A DNA stretch of 64,000 nt. Source: Candidatus Brocadiia bacterium (lineage in GTDB: Bacteria; Planctomycetota; Brocadiia; CAIUPP01). The position numbers were made by a program, and so were the translations under genes. A model generated the notes under the pieces. The model was not told the origin of the DNA, did no database searches, and saw only the letters and a list, made by a program, of their open reading frames with translations. Shown here one piece after another: positions 18,772 to 28,315 of this stretch. The DNA lies in assembly GCA_050015075.1 (NCBI GenBank), contig JBEKCB010000010.1, positions 32,001 to 96,000 on the forward strand. The letters run 5' to 3'. Numbering within the stretch: the stretch's first letter is position 1; each line of letters begins with the position of its first letter.

Positions 18772-19775
18772 GGCTTTTTCTCCAGAGTCGTGTCGCCTTT
18801 CACCTCAAACTCAAAACTCCCCTCCGCCCACGCCGTCTCGTCCAGGCCCTTGATGGTGATGGCCAGGTCGCGCGTGACAGAGCCTTCCGTCTTCGGGTCG
18901 AGCGAGCGGAAAGCGCTGACGTTATACTGCTCGGGCAGGAGCGGAACGTTGTTCTCCGTGGCGAAGATTTTCAACTTCTCCAGGCCCGCGGGGCCTTCCG
19001 CCTTGATGGTGAAATTCTGGAAGCGGCCGGGGATGCTGTAAACCTCGTCCTTCTTGACGTAGTTGGTGGCGTAGAACCGATTCGGGAAGAGGACGGTGAT
19101 CTGGCCGCTGCTGCCCATGTTGAAGATGGTGACGTAGCAGGAGCGGTCGGCCTTGAACTTGATGACCAGCTCATCGCCGACTTTGTATTCGGTCTTGTCG
19201 GTCCAGACCGAGATACTGAACCGCTCCTTGTTGCTCTGCTTGACCTTCTCGATGTCCTCCCAGAGCGGCGTAGTGGGCGTCTTGATCCGCTTGTCCAGCA
19301 GGAAACTCTCCTGCGCGACGACCTTCGACTGCGTGTCCACGATGCGCAGCGTCAACTGCAACTTGTGCCCCAGGTCCACGGTATGGCCGAAGATGAATGC
19401 GTTCACGCCGGCGATTGTTCCCAACTCCGGCGCCGTCGCCGGATCGAGCATGCCCTTCTCGGAGAGCTTGTGCTCCTCGACGATCTGCGCCAGCTTCTCG
19501 CGCTCCAGGAGGTCGACCTTCCCGCTCTTCGCGAGGTCCATAAACAGCTCATCGGCCAGCAAACGCCCCTCGACCGAGAAACTGCCGTCGAGGTAGCTGA
19601 ACGGCAGGATCGCAATCCGATTGCCGCCGAGCTTGGGAACGGAGGAGATGACGAAATCGGAGAGCGCGGCAACCTGTTTCGCGCTATCGGCCTGGCTCTC
19701 CTGCGCCGACGTTCCACTTGCGGCGCTGCAAGCGAGCAGAACCAGAACGACCAGCGCGTGCTTCGACTGTGTCAT
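18768..19775 (-). CDS. Exported FlgO/CsgG-like + DUF4384 domain protein
   Basis: Signal or lipobox-like LVLLAC; RIAILPF...LLEREKLAQIVEEHKL...ELGTIAGV; DUF4384-type VWTDKTEYKVGD...CYVTIFN...LFPN...GPAGLEKLKIFAT. Confidence 0.8.
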   Translation of the reverse strand: MTQSKHALVVLVLLACSAASGTSAQESQADSAKQVAALSDFVISSVPKLGGNRIAILPFSYLDGSFSVEGRLLADELFMDLAKSGKVDLLEREKLAQIVEEHKLSEKGMLDPATAPELGTIAGVNAFIFGHTVDLGHKLQLTLRIVDTQSKVVAQESFLLDKRIKTPTTPLWEDIEKVKQSNKERFSISVWTDKTEYKVGDELVIKFKADRSCYVTIFNMGSSGQITVLFPNRFYATNYVKKDEVYSIPGRFQNFTIKAEGPAGLEKLKIFATENNVPLLPEQYNVSAFRSLDPKTEGSVTRDLAITIKGLDETAWAEGSFEFEVKGDTTLEKKP

Positions 19776-19799
19776 ATGACGTTCCTCCTGTGTGCGCGT

Positions 19800-22700
19800 T
19801 CATCTTGGGTTTCCCTGCGGCGTCACGGCCGCGGCGGCCGCATTGACCTGAAACTCATCCACCGGAACCGTTATCCAGGTTCCGTGTGCGATCACGGCGA
19901 CGCAGCCGTTCCCGCTCTCATCTTCCGCGGTACTTCCTTGTCCCTCATCCAGCGGAAGCAGCATCACGGTGCTCGGGAGTTTCGTCAGCCGGATCGGCGG
20001 CGTGAAGTCCTCCTTGTAGAGCGCCTCGTTGCTCAGGCGCGCTCCGGCGATCCGGCCGTTGAACCGGCGACCGATCAGCAGGTTGTTGTCATTGGTCGTC
20101 AATTGAGGTTCCTCGGCGCACGCCGACACTTTCCGGCCGTTGATGTAGTTGCGGAGTTCCTGCCCATCGAAAACCATCGCAATGTGCAGCCAAGTCTTCG
20201 TCGGGAGCGGATAGTACGTATTCTCAGGCGAAGGCTTCCAGTTGAACGGCGCAACATCCGACTCGAGTTTGCCGTCAGGGGTGATCCGAAGCTGCCAGGG
20301 GCCGAGCTTCGGAGTATCGCGGGTCATAATAATGCCTCGCGCCGGATCATCGGCCCAGATCCAGGCTTCTGCGGTCATGGCCTTGGTCATGTTGAAGACA
20401 GGATTGTACTGAACGGCGATCTCGCCTTCATTTCCGTCGAACGAGATGACCGGACGCTGCGGAACGAGTGTGCCCTGCGGTCCGGGTTTTGGCGGCGGGT
20501 GTCTCATCTGCTCTTTGATCCGCCGTGTCTCCGCCGCTATCTGTTTTACCTCTGCCTCATGAGCCGGATCGGGCTGAAACTCATCCACCGGCACCGTCAT
20601 CCAGGTCCCGTTCACGATCGTGGCGATGCAGCCGTTCCCGCTCTCGTCTTCCGCGGTAATTCCTTGTCCCTCGTCCAGCGGAAGCAGCATCACGGTGCTC
20701 GGGAGTTTCGTCAGCCGGGCTGGCGGCGTGAAGTCCTCCTTGTAGAGCGCCTCGCTGCTCAGGCGCGCTCCGGCGATCCGGCCGTTGAAAAAGCGGCCGA
20801 TCAGCAGGTTGTTGTCATTGGTCGTCAATTGGGGTTCCTCGGGGCATGCGGACACTTTGTGGCCGTTGATGTAGTTGCGCAGTTCCCGCCCGTCGAAGAC
20901 CATCGCAATGTGTAGCCACGTCCGCGTCGGCAGGCGGCGGTAAGTGCTCTCGGGCGAGGGGTTCCAGTTGGCCGGCGCAACATCCGACTCGAGTTTGCCG
21001 TCAAGGGTGATCCGAAGCTGCCATGGACCGAGCTTCGGAGTATCGCGAGTCATAATCTCGCCATGGGTCGGATCATCTGCCCAGATCCAGGCTTCTGCGG
21101 TCATGGCCTTGGTCATATTATTAAAGACTGGGTTGTATCCAACGCGGATCTCGCCGGTGCTGGCGCTTTGGTCGAACGAGATGACCGCGCGCTGCGGAAC
21201 GGGTGTTCCCTGCGGCCCCGTTATTGGCGGCGGGCGTTTCATCTGCTCTCTGAACAGCTTCACCTCTGCCTCCGACCGCTTGACCTCTGCCTCTGACCGC
21301 TTCACCGCTTCCTCTAGCCGCTCGAAGGATGGGGCGCCTCCCTTATCGCGTACGGCGAAAACCGGGGTCGAGTCTTCGCCCGCAATTACTACCGCGTCCC
21401 TGCATTCCACGGCCAGCAACTGCTGGCCGAGAATGTCCTGCGCCCGCAGCGTAAGCGGCGGCTGATCGTTGAAGAACTCCACCTTCACCTGTGAGGATAT
21501 CACGTTGGGCCAATCGGGATCAGGCTCACATATAATCTTGTCGCCAAACACTCCGACCGGCCAATATTCGCGGACGGGCCCGCACGGCCAAGGGTCTTTC
21601 TTAGAGCGGGTGTAGGCGTGTTCGGTCAGGTAACAGATGCTATCGGTCGCGGGATCATAGAGGCCGATGCCTTGGATAAGGATTCGGTCGAAGCACCAGC
21701 GAGCGTGAGCGCGCTCGATATGTTCCAGCCGCTCGGATGCAAAGCTGATTTTTCGCGAGGCGGCGTCGAATTTCCAGAGTCCCCGCCGCGTTTCGTGCCC
21801 CTGCGTATTGTTGATGCCGAACCAGATGCAGTTTCGCACGGGATCAGACAGGATGTACGGCACGTCGTACGTGGGCAGCCCGTCAAACAGGTTTTGCGGC
21901 GCCTCGGATCGGCGGCACGAGCACAGTGTGGCGGAACGGCCTGTCTTCGGATCAAACTCAACGATTGCCCCAGGCGACGTCCCGAGGTACCACTTGCCGT
22001 TCAGACACGCAAATGACGTCAGTTTGAGTGACGGCAACCCATCGGCTTCTGTCCAAAGCCTCGTCTTTCCTTTCTCGAAGGTCACGATCCCTATGTCACT
22101 CATGGACGCGAGCCACTGTCCTGCCTCGTCCCGCGTCAAAACCGCAGTGCAATGCAGATTTCGCTTTGCCGCTGGCTTGAGCATAATCTCGCCGAGAATG
22201 CTGCGATTGCCCCCATCCAGCGGAACGGCCACGAGCCGAACGCGATCGCCTTGGTCGCCCTCGCTCCCCGCCTCAAGAAGAACTGCGCGATTGCCGTCAG
22301 GCTGGATCGCATTGACCCGGTAACCAGTCTCTGTCGTCAAGAGCTTCACGACGAACTGTTCCGGCCTGAGATCGGGCGCCTGCGGTTTGGGAGCGGGCGG
22401 AGCCGCCAGTCCCAGTTGCCTTTCCAGGAAACCTATATGTGACTTTGCATCTCCCTGGGCGTCAAGGTTGGGTGGAAAGGTGACATTGACTGTGTCCTGA
22501 AAGTCCTTCGCGATCTCGTAGGCTTCCCGGAAACGACCTTCGTTCTCAAAGGCTGACAACCAGAACTTAATGCAATTTGCCCAATTCCACTCTGACGCCA
22601 GCCTCGCATGCTCAAGACGAAGCATCGGACGAAGAATCGCATCCCCGTACTTGATAAGAAGGTCCGGGTCATTGTTATAGGTCCAGAGGAATATATCCAT

Positions 22701-24602
22701 CCATCTGTGCGCCCATAAACCGTCCCTCGCTAACGGATTTTCTTTTTCACCCGGCAGGATCGCGGGAATTTCGCGGGCCAGCATTTGAAGGCACGTCTCG
22801 GCATCCTTTGAGTATCCCCAGCCATCCTGGAACGCCGCCGCGTACGTGGCAAACCGCACCACCGGATCCGGGTGATTCATCAACCAGTGAAACGCCTCTT
22901 GAATGCCGGGATAGAGCGCCGAGTACGCCGCCTTCGGATCTTCCGACGGGAGAAGATTGTTGAACACCCGGGGAAAACATGCCTCCATGGCATATTTCAG
23001 AGGAACATATTTCCAGACTTGGCCCGTCATCCTGGGCGCGCCGGGCGGCGGATTCTCGATCTGGCCCACGACCTCCTGGATACTGGCCAGCCACTCCTCG
23101 GCGCTTCCCGCTATGTCGTGACCGTAGCGAAGACGTTCCGCCAGCAGATCCATCCAAACGTTCGCGGTGCCCTTTGTTCGACAGATTTCCGTTGCGATGG
23201 CCATCGCCTCACGATATTGACGCAGCCAGGCTTGCTGAAGTTCAGCGAAGAGCTGGCGGGCCTCGGCTGATCCTGTTTCACGGACGGCCCTCCTATAGCC
23301 GTATAAATCCTTATTGACATACAAATCGTGACCGCCCACCAGAAAGATCTGACTAAGCGAATTCCCGCAAAGTTCGCCTTCATCAACCTCGTGATTCTTT
23401 TCCCACCGACTGAGAACCTTATCGCGAAAACCTTGATATTGCGCCTTTTGATAGAGGACCAGCGCATGCAAACCCTCGATCGTTGCGTGTGTCCTGGCTT
23501 CCATGGGGAGTTCGCGATCATAGGCGCGAGTATCATAGAGTGCGACGCGAAAATACATCCCCTTCGCCCTTGCCACTATTTCGTCGGACGGATCCAGCGC
23601 CACAGCGGCCTGCGTACGGGCAATTACGCCGTCAGTGCCGAACGCGGATTCGGTTTCCGCCTGATTCATGAAGAGCTTGGCTTCCTCGGCCGGCGATAGC
23701 GTTCGAAGGCCGGCCGGTTCAGAGTTGAGTTTCTCCGCGATCTCGCTGACCATCTGCGTCCGTAATCCCGCAAGATTCTCAAGGGAACCGTTGATGTGGA
23801 CATACTCTGTCTTATCCCCGTTCAACGATTGCAACTCCACTGTGGCCACCACCTCATTCCGGGTTGCGCCGTAGGCTAATCCGCCCTTCAGAAGCACCGC
23901 CGAGGTTCGCAAAGCCACCTCCGCGCCGGCCAGCGTTTTTTCCGCGGTCAAGTGCTCGAGACGCTCGCGCTCCAGGACGATGACATTGGGCGAATTGGCA
24001 AGATCATTGAGAAGGAACATCGAAAGCATATCGGCCAGCGAATCGAGCGAGTCGTCCAAAGCCTCGCTTCGAAACACAAGGAGGGCCACGTACCGTCTGT
24101 TGTTCGGCGGATAGCTCAGCTTGCGGCTCGCCAGATCAATGAGCGACGTGACGCCGGACAAGTCGGTGAGCAGCGTCTCCTGCAACTGCATGCAGGAACA
24201 CAGGATGATCCCGGTGCGCGCTTCCACCGCTCGAATTCTGCAAGTGGGTCGCACGGACTCCTTCGCTGCCTCGAATAGTGCAGGCGGCGGCGGAGGAGCA
24301 TCAACGACCAGAAACATGTCTACGCCCAGTATTTGCCCGACCTGGATCGCTTTGCTCGGCTCCATGAGTCCTGCCGCCGACAACTGCTGCTCCGCCAGGA
24401 CCTTATTGATCAGCGCGCGCTCGACCAGCGTAACCTGCGATTCCTTCGACAGGCCCGCTTCGATGGTTGGCACAACGAAGTCCGCCAGCGTCGACTTGCC
24501 CTTTTCGCCGATCACCGCCACGCGGGTGGCCGCCGCCCATGCTGCGGAGGGCAGAGCGATCGCCAGCGCCACAATCAGCAAACCTTCTCGCACCCTTGCC
24601 AT
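19800..24602 (-). CDS. Large exported protein: tandem CsgG/TolB_N-like domains, helical region, beta-propeller-like region, two LamG domains
   Basis: Start moved to MARVREGLLIVALAIALPSAAWA. LVERALINKVLAEQQLS and VLERERLEHLTAEKTL. Duplicated LamG (MTAEAWI...WLHIAMVFDG..LRNYING...FNGRIAGARLS.EALY). Confidence 0.8.
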   Translation of the reverse strand: MARVREGLLIVALAIALPSAAWAAATRVAVIGEKGKSTLADFVVPTIEAGLSKESQVTLVERALINKVLAEQQLSAAGLMEPSKAIQVGQILGVDMFLVVDAPPPPPALFEAAKESVRPTCRIRAVEARTGIILCSCMQLQETLLTDLSGVTSLIDLASRKLSYPPNNRRYVALLVFRSEALDDSLDSLADMLSMFLLNDLANSPNVIVLERERLEHLTAEKTLAGAEVALRTSAVLLKGGLAYGATRNEVVATVELQSLNGDKTEYVHINGSLENLAGLRTQMVSEIAEKLNSEPAGLRTLSPAEEAKLFMNQAETESAFGTDGVIARTQAAVALDPSDEIVARAKGMYFRVALYDTRAYDRELPMEARTHATIEGLHALVLYQKAQYQGFRDKVLSRWEKNHEVDEGELCGNSLSQIFLVGGHDLYVNKDLYGYRRAVRETGSAEARQLFAELQQAWLRQYREAMAIATEICRTKGTANVWMDLLAERLRYGHDIAGSAEEWLASIQEVVGQIENPPPGAPRMTGQVWKYVPLKYAMEACFPRVFNNLLPSEDPKAAYSALYPGIQEAFHWLMNHPDPVVRFATYAAAFQDGWGYSKDAETCLQMLAREIPAILPGEKENPLARDGLWAHRWMDIFLWTYNNDPDLLIKYGDAILRPMLRLEHARLASEWNWANCIKFWLSAFENEGRFREAYEIAKDFQDTVNVTFPPNLDAQGDAKSHIGFLERQLGLAAPPAPKPQAPDLRPEQFVVKLLTTETGYRVNAIQPDGNRAVLLEAGSEGDQGDRVRLVAVPLDGGNRSILGEIMLKPAAKRNLHCTAVLTRDEAGQWLASMSDIGIVTFEKGKTRLWTEADGLPSLKLTSFACLNGKWYLGTSPGAIVEFDPKTGRSATLCSCRRSEAPQNLFDGLPTYDVPYILSDPVRNCIWFGINNTQGHETRRGLWKFDAASRKISFASERLEHIERAHARWCFDRILIQGIGLYDPATDSICYLTEHAYTRSKKDPWPCGPVREYWPVGVFGDKIICEPDPDWPNVISSQVKVEFFNDQPPLTLRAQDILGQQLLAVECRDAVVIAGEDSTPVFAVRDKGGAPSFERLEEAVKRSEAEVKRSEAEVKLFREQMKRPPPITGPQGTPVPQRAVISFDQSASTGEIRVGYNPVFNNMTKAMTAEAWIWADDPTHGEIMTRDTPKLGPWQLRITLDGKLESDVAPANWNPSPESTYRRLPTRTWLHIAMVFDGRELRNYINGHKVSACPEEPQLTTNDNNLLIGRFFNGRIAGARLSSEALYKEDFTPPARLTKLPSTVMLLPLDEGQGITAEDESGNGCIATIVNGTWMTVPVDEFQPDPAHEAEVKQIAAETRRIKEQMRHPPPKPGPQGTLVPQRPVISFDGNEGEIAVQYNPVFNMTKAMTAEAWIWADDPARGIIMTRDTPKLGPWQLRITPDGKLESDVAPFNWKPSPENTYYPLPTKTWLHIAMVFDGQELRNYINGRKVSACAEEPQLTTNDNNLLIGRRFNGRIAGARLSNEALYKEDFTPPIRLTKLPSTVMLLPLDEGQGSTAEDESGNGCVAVIAHGTWITVPVDEFQVNAAAAAVTPQGNPR
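19850..21250. repeat. Intragenic direct duplication of a ~0.7-kb LamG-coding unit (~19850-20520 and ~20575-21250)
   Basis: Long near-identical nucleotide runs, e.g. tccagcggaagcagcatcacggtgctcgggagtttcgtcagccg in both copies. Confidence 0.9.
21258..21320. repeat. Three imperfect 21-bp tandem repeats encoding a heptad linker (RLEEAVK-RSEAEVK-RSEAEVK)
   Basis: cttcacctctgcctccgaccg / cttgacctctgcctctgaccg / cttcaccgcttcctctagccg. Confidence 0.8.
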
Positions 24603-24687
24603 CGCCCAACGTCCCTTCGGAATCGCATGTCGTTCCGCAAACTGCCGCCCGGCATGACGAGCGCATCGCTCCACGCAACGGCGTTTA

Positions 24688-25503
24688 TCATTCCTGCAGA
24701 TTGGCTTCCATGTGCACGTATTCAGCTCCATGCCAAAACGTGACTCTCACAACGATGTTATCGCTGACCCAGACATCCGACCTGATCCCGGGAAATGACT
24801 CCTTGTATCTGACGCAATCATAAAACTTCTTTCCGATTATAAGCCTTTCGGTCCCCTCGCACGTTATGGTACCTGCCTGCACCGCCCAAATATCAAAAAG
24901 GACCGGCTCTGCATACTGCGTGAAGGTGTAGACGCCGCCGATGTTTCGAGGAAGCAGTGGGGCGAGTCTCAGCAGCGCGTTGAACGTCAGAATGCCCTCC
25001 TGGAAATTCCATTGTTCCGTCCGGACAGGTCCGCGGCCATTGGGATCATCGAGTATCTTTGCTGTTCCATTCTCATAACTCATTTCGCGCACTGTTCTGT
25101 CGTCTTTGCTGATATCCAGAGTGATCTGCTGTGGACGGAGCAAATCACCTTTTGGAAATCGCACCATTCGGTCGAAGACCATGCCGCCAAAGGCCGGCAC
25201 CACGGCGATAGTGTCATGCAAGACAATGTCGTCTTTGTCAGATTGAGTGGACACGACCATCTTTCCGTATTCCTTGCTTTCTCCCTTCAGGACGATGGCC
25301 GTCCATGTGTAAGTGTGGCTTCCGCCCTTTTCCAGTTTCTGCAGGTCAAAGGTTACGTCCTTCAGCGGCTTTGGTGGGACGCTTTCGTCCGCCGCCAGCG
25401 CCTGCATCGTGAAAGTAATACATGACAAAACGGCTAAGGCCGCCGGGATGACCGTCACGGTAGAACGATTCTTTCTCGTCACGCGATCTCTCCATGGGTG
25501 CAC
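24688..25503 (-). CDS. Hypothetical exported beta-rich protein
   Basis: Signal-like VIPAALAVLSCITFTMQALA; co-oriented in the cluster; start uncertain. Confidence 0.65.
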   Translation of the reverse strand: MHPWRDRVTRKNRSTVTVIPAALAVLSCITFTMQALAADESVPPKPLKDVTFDLQKLEKGGSHTYTWTAIVLKGESKEYGKMVVSTQSDKDDIVLHDTIAVVPAFGGMVFDRMVRFPKGDLLRPQQITLDISKDDRTVREMSYENGTAKILDDPNGRGPVRTEQWNFQEGILTFNALLRLAPLLPRNIGGVYTFTQYAEPVLFDIWAVQAGTITCEGTERLIIGKKFYDCVRYKESFPGIRSDVWVSDNIVVRVTFWHGAEYVHMEANLQE

Positions 25504-25614
25504 ACTATGGCGTGTACGTGCATTTCCTCCCGCCTGCGATTAGATTTCACCTCTCCCCGCCGGCGCCGCCGGTCGGCCTTCGCCGGCTAGTCTATGCTTC
25601 ACCTCTGCAACAAT

Positions 25615-26676
25615 CTACTTTTTCTGCTCGGCCAGTTTTGTGCGGGCCTCCACGGCCTCCGGGATGAGCTTCAGGGCGATTTCCGCGGCGGCTTTTTGTA
25701 GCGCGGACTTCCCGGCGATATTCTCGGCGAGGTCCACGGCTGTGGTCGTGGCGCGGCCGACGGCGAGGATCTTGCCGCTCTTGACGTCCACCGCCTTCAT
25801 CTCCACCCGCGCCTTGACGGAGATGAGCTTCTCGGTGGTCCCGGCGTATTCGCTGAACCCCTCGCCGACGATGATGATATCCGCTTCGCTGAGGCCGTTC
25901 GGGATCTCCTTGCCGGTTTCCTTGAGGAAGTCCCTCGCCCAGTCGCTCAGCCCGGCGTTCTTCGTGCTGATGAGCGTGGCGCCGACGGATTCGAGGAGGT
26001 AGCCCACTTCCGTCTCGGCGGCCGGATCAATGGTCATACGCCCGACGTGCGTTTCGCAAATCAGGACGGCGAATTTCGGCAATGTCTTGCCCTCAAGCCG
26101 CTTCTGCAGCGCCGCGATCATGTCCTTTTCGGTCACCACTTTCGGCATCATGGCGGCGGCCTTGTCGGCCATGTATGCGCTGATCTTGGTCCCCAGGTCC
26201 TGGACGATCTCGTCGAGTTTCCCGTCGGTGGGTCCCTTGGCGATGAGCGCGCCGACCTGGCTGGTCTCGGTGCTCATGATCTTGGCGGTGATGAAGAGCT
26301 GCTGGCCGACGATCATGGCCCGGCCGGTGATAAGGAACTTCGCGCCGGTCAGCTTGCCGATCTTCGCCTTGGTGGCCTCATCCACGATCCCGGTCTGCCC
26401 CAGGGCCATTTCCTCGAGGATCTTCTTGATCTGGGCCCGCTCGACCAGTTGCAGATTGCTGTCCGCCGTCAGGAACGCGGTCAGCAGGTCGGGGATCGCC
26501 TCGCCATAAGAAGTCGTCTCCTTGGTGCCGGTCTCGAAGTTCAGCACGGCGACGAGATAGGGTCCTCCCGGCGCCTGCGCGGCCTTCTCCGGAGCCTTCT
26601 CCTGAGCCAGTCCTGCCGTCGCCAACCACGCCAGGGCCAGCACGGCCACGCTCACAAACAATCTCCCGCACTTCAT
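25615..26676 (-). CDS. CsgG/HfaB-family exported protein
   Basis: Start moved to MKCGRLFVSVAVLALAWLATAGLA (GAGGAGG RBS). VAVLNFE...LQLVERAQIKKILEEMALGQTGIVD...KIGKLTGAKFLITG. Confidence 0.82.
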   Translation of the reverse strand: MKCGRLFVSVAVLALAWLATAGLAQEKAPEKAAQAPGGPYLVAVLNFETGTKETTSYGEAIPDLLTAFLTADSNLQLVERAQIKKILEEMALGQTGIVDEATKAKIGKLTGAKFLITGRAMIVGQQLFITAKIMSTETSQVGALIAKGPTDGKLDEIVQDLGTKISAYMADKAAAMMPKVVTEKDMIAALQKRLEGKTLPKFAVLICETHVGRMTIDPAAETEVGYLLESVGATLISTKNAGLSDWARDFLKETGKEIPNGLSEADIIIVGEGFSEYAGTTEKLISVKARVEMKAVDVKSGKILAVGRATTTAVDLAENIAGKSALQKAAAEIALKLIPEAVEARTKLAEQKK

Positions 26677-26719
26677 GGTCCTGCCTCCTCCCAAAAATAA
26701 ATTTCGCTGCCCCTTGTGC

Positions 26720-28315
26720 CTATTGACCATCCTTGTCCTCCTCCAGCATCATGTTCGCGAGAATCTGCCTCACCAAGCGCGCTTGCGATTCGTTCTCCGG
26801 GTCCTCCACCGGCAGCGCGCACAAAACCAACCTCGCCTTGCCTCGTCTGAATTCCGCCAGCAAGCCCGGCTCGGTGATGGCCAGGAATTCCGGGACATCC
26901 GGCTCGGCGTTGAGGCTGCGACGATCTTCCGCTTCTCCAAGGCTCTGCTGGAAGTCTTCCGCCGAAATGCCCCAGGCCAGCGGCTTGGCGTATCGGATCT
27001 GGATGGGCCTCTGGTCCTCCACGGATGCTGCCACGAACCTTGGCAGGGGAAGATACGGTTTGTCCTGCCAAGCGGAGCGAGCCAGATGGTTCACCGCCTC
27101 CAAGAATTCCGGCCCGAATGGAGACTGGACAAAGAGCTTTCCGCCATCGGCCATGTAGCTGTCCAGGTCGAAGCCCGGAGTTATGGAGCCTTCATCCCCT
27201 TTGGGAAGAAGGAGGACAATCACCCCGGCCGCGCTTTTCAAGTCCTCCTTCTTCGGCTCCAGAACGAATCGCGTCGTGTTGAATTTTCCGTCCGTCAACG
27301 CCTCGGGCGGGACCGCGAAACGCGCGGCCTTGCGCCGGGCCGGCAGAGGGACTTCCCGAGCGTAGGAGAGCAGGTTGCGGAGGACCAACTGCGCCACCGG
27401 CTCCTTCGCAAGCCGGCGACCTACTTCCAACTGGCACACGATGACGCGCCCATTCTCGCCCCAGTACTGCGCAACCAGCGGCAGATTGTCCTTTCCCTCG
27501 CCTCCGGTGAGCCAGGCCTGGTAACCCGGACATTCCGGCCAGGCGAGGACGTGCGAGGCCACCTCTCCCGAGCCGGCCCAGTCGGCCAGATCTCCGTCCA
27601 GAAGATCGCGCAGCAGAATGTGCTTCTCGCCAACCAGTTTCCGAGCTGATGAGACCGCCCGTTTCACGACTTCCACCGGCTTCTCAGGGTCGAAGAACCC
27701 AGTTCTCGGCAAACTCTGCTCCAGGAAGATCACTGTCCCGCCGCGCTCGATCAACTCTTGAATCCCGCTCATCGGCTCGGACAGCGTCTCCGGCTGATTC
27801 GGGCCGACGAGGACGAGCTTGCTCTCCAGTGTCCGCACTTGCAGGTCCGTCTTGAGGAGTTCGTACTTTACGCCCGCTTTCTCAAGGATCGGAGCCAGGA
27901 GCTTTTCAGGGTCGCAGAGCCCGACCGGCGGCATATCGGCCGTCGCCCGGCCCAGCTCGGGCAGGGCGTCTCTCGAAAAAAGTGCCAGGGTGAACTCACC
28001 TTCGGCCAGCACGTTGCCGTCGCGTTTAAGCTGGACCTGCTGGATCATGTCCACGCGCGCGCGGACCTCGGGAAGCGTCATCTCAATCGTCACATTCCCC
28101 GGAGCGTCCACCTTGCGGCTTCCGCGATTTACGATGCCCCGGAGCACGCGCGCCTCCCAGGCCATCTCGTACTGGCCCGCGCCCTCAATCTTGAACGTTC
28201 GCTTTATGGTCGTTCCTCCAAAGGTGCGCTGCGGTCCACCCACGAGCGAAAGGTGCGGCTCGCCCGCCTGCGCCAGCAGCGCTGCGGCGAGAGCCAGGAC
28301 AAGGCTCAACTTCAC
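26720..28315 (-). CDS. Hypothetical exported protein
   Basis: GTG start overlapping the anti-sigma stop (GTGA); signal peptide VKLSLVLALAAALLAQA. Confidence 0.7.
   Translation of the reverse strand: MKLSLVLALAAALLAQAGEPHLSLVGGPQRTFGGTTIKRTFKIEGAGQYEMAWEARVLRGIVNRGSRKVDAPGNVTIEMTLPEVRARVDMIQQVQLKRDGNVLAEGEFTLALFSRDALPELGRATADMPPVGLCDPEKLLAPILEKAGVKYELLKTDLQVRTLESKLVLVGPNQPETLSEPMSGIQELIERGGTVIFLEQSLPRTGFFDPEKPVEVVKRAVSSARKLVGEKHILLRDLLDGDLADWAGSGEVASHVLAWPECPGYQAWLTGGEGKDNLPLVAQYWGENGRVIVCQLEVGRRLAKEPVAQLVLRNLLSYAREVPLPARRKAARFAVPPEALTDGKFNTTRFVLEPKKEDLKSAAGVIVLLLPKGDEGSITPGFDLDSYMADGGKLFVQSPFGPEFLEAVNHLARSAWQDKPYLPLPRFVAASVEDQRPIQIRYAKPLAWGISAEDFQQSLGEAEDRRSLNAEPDVPEFLAITEPGLLAEFRRGKARLVLCALPVEDPENESQARLVRQILANMMLEEDKDGQ

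Noticed and set aside
19850-21250. DGR template/variable repeat pair
   Set aside because: Both copies are in-frame coding domains, the differences are not confined to adenines, and there is no reverse transcriptase in the window.
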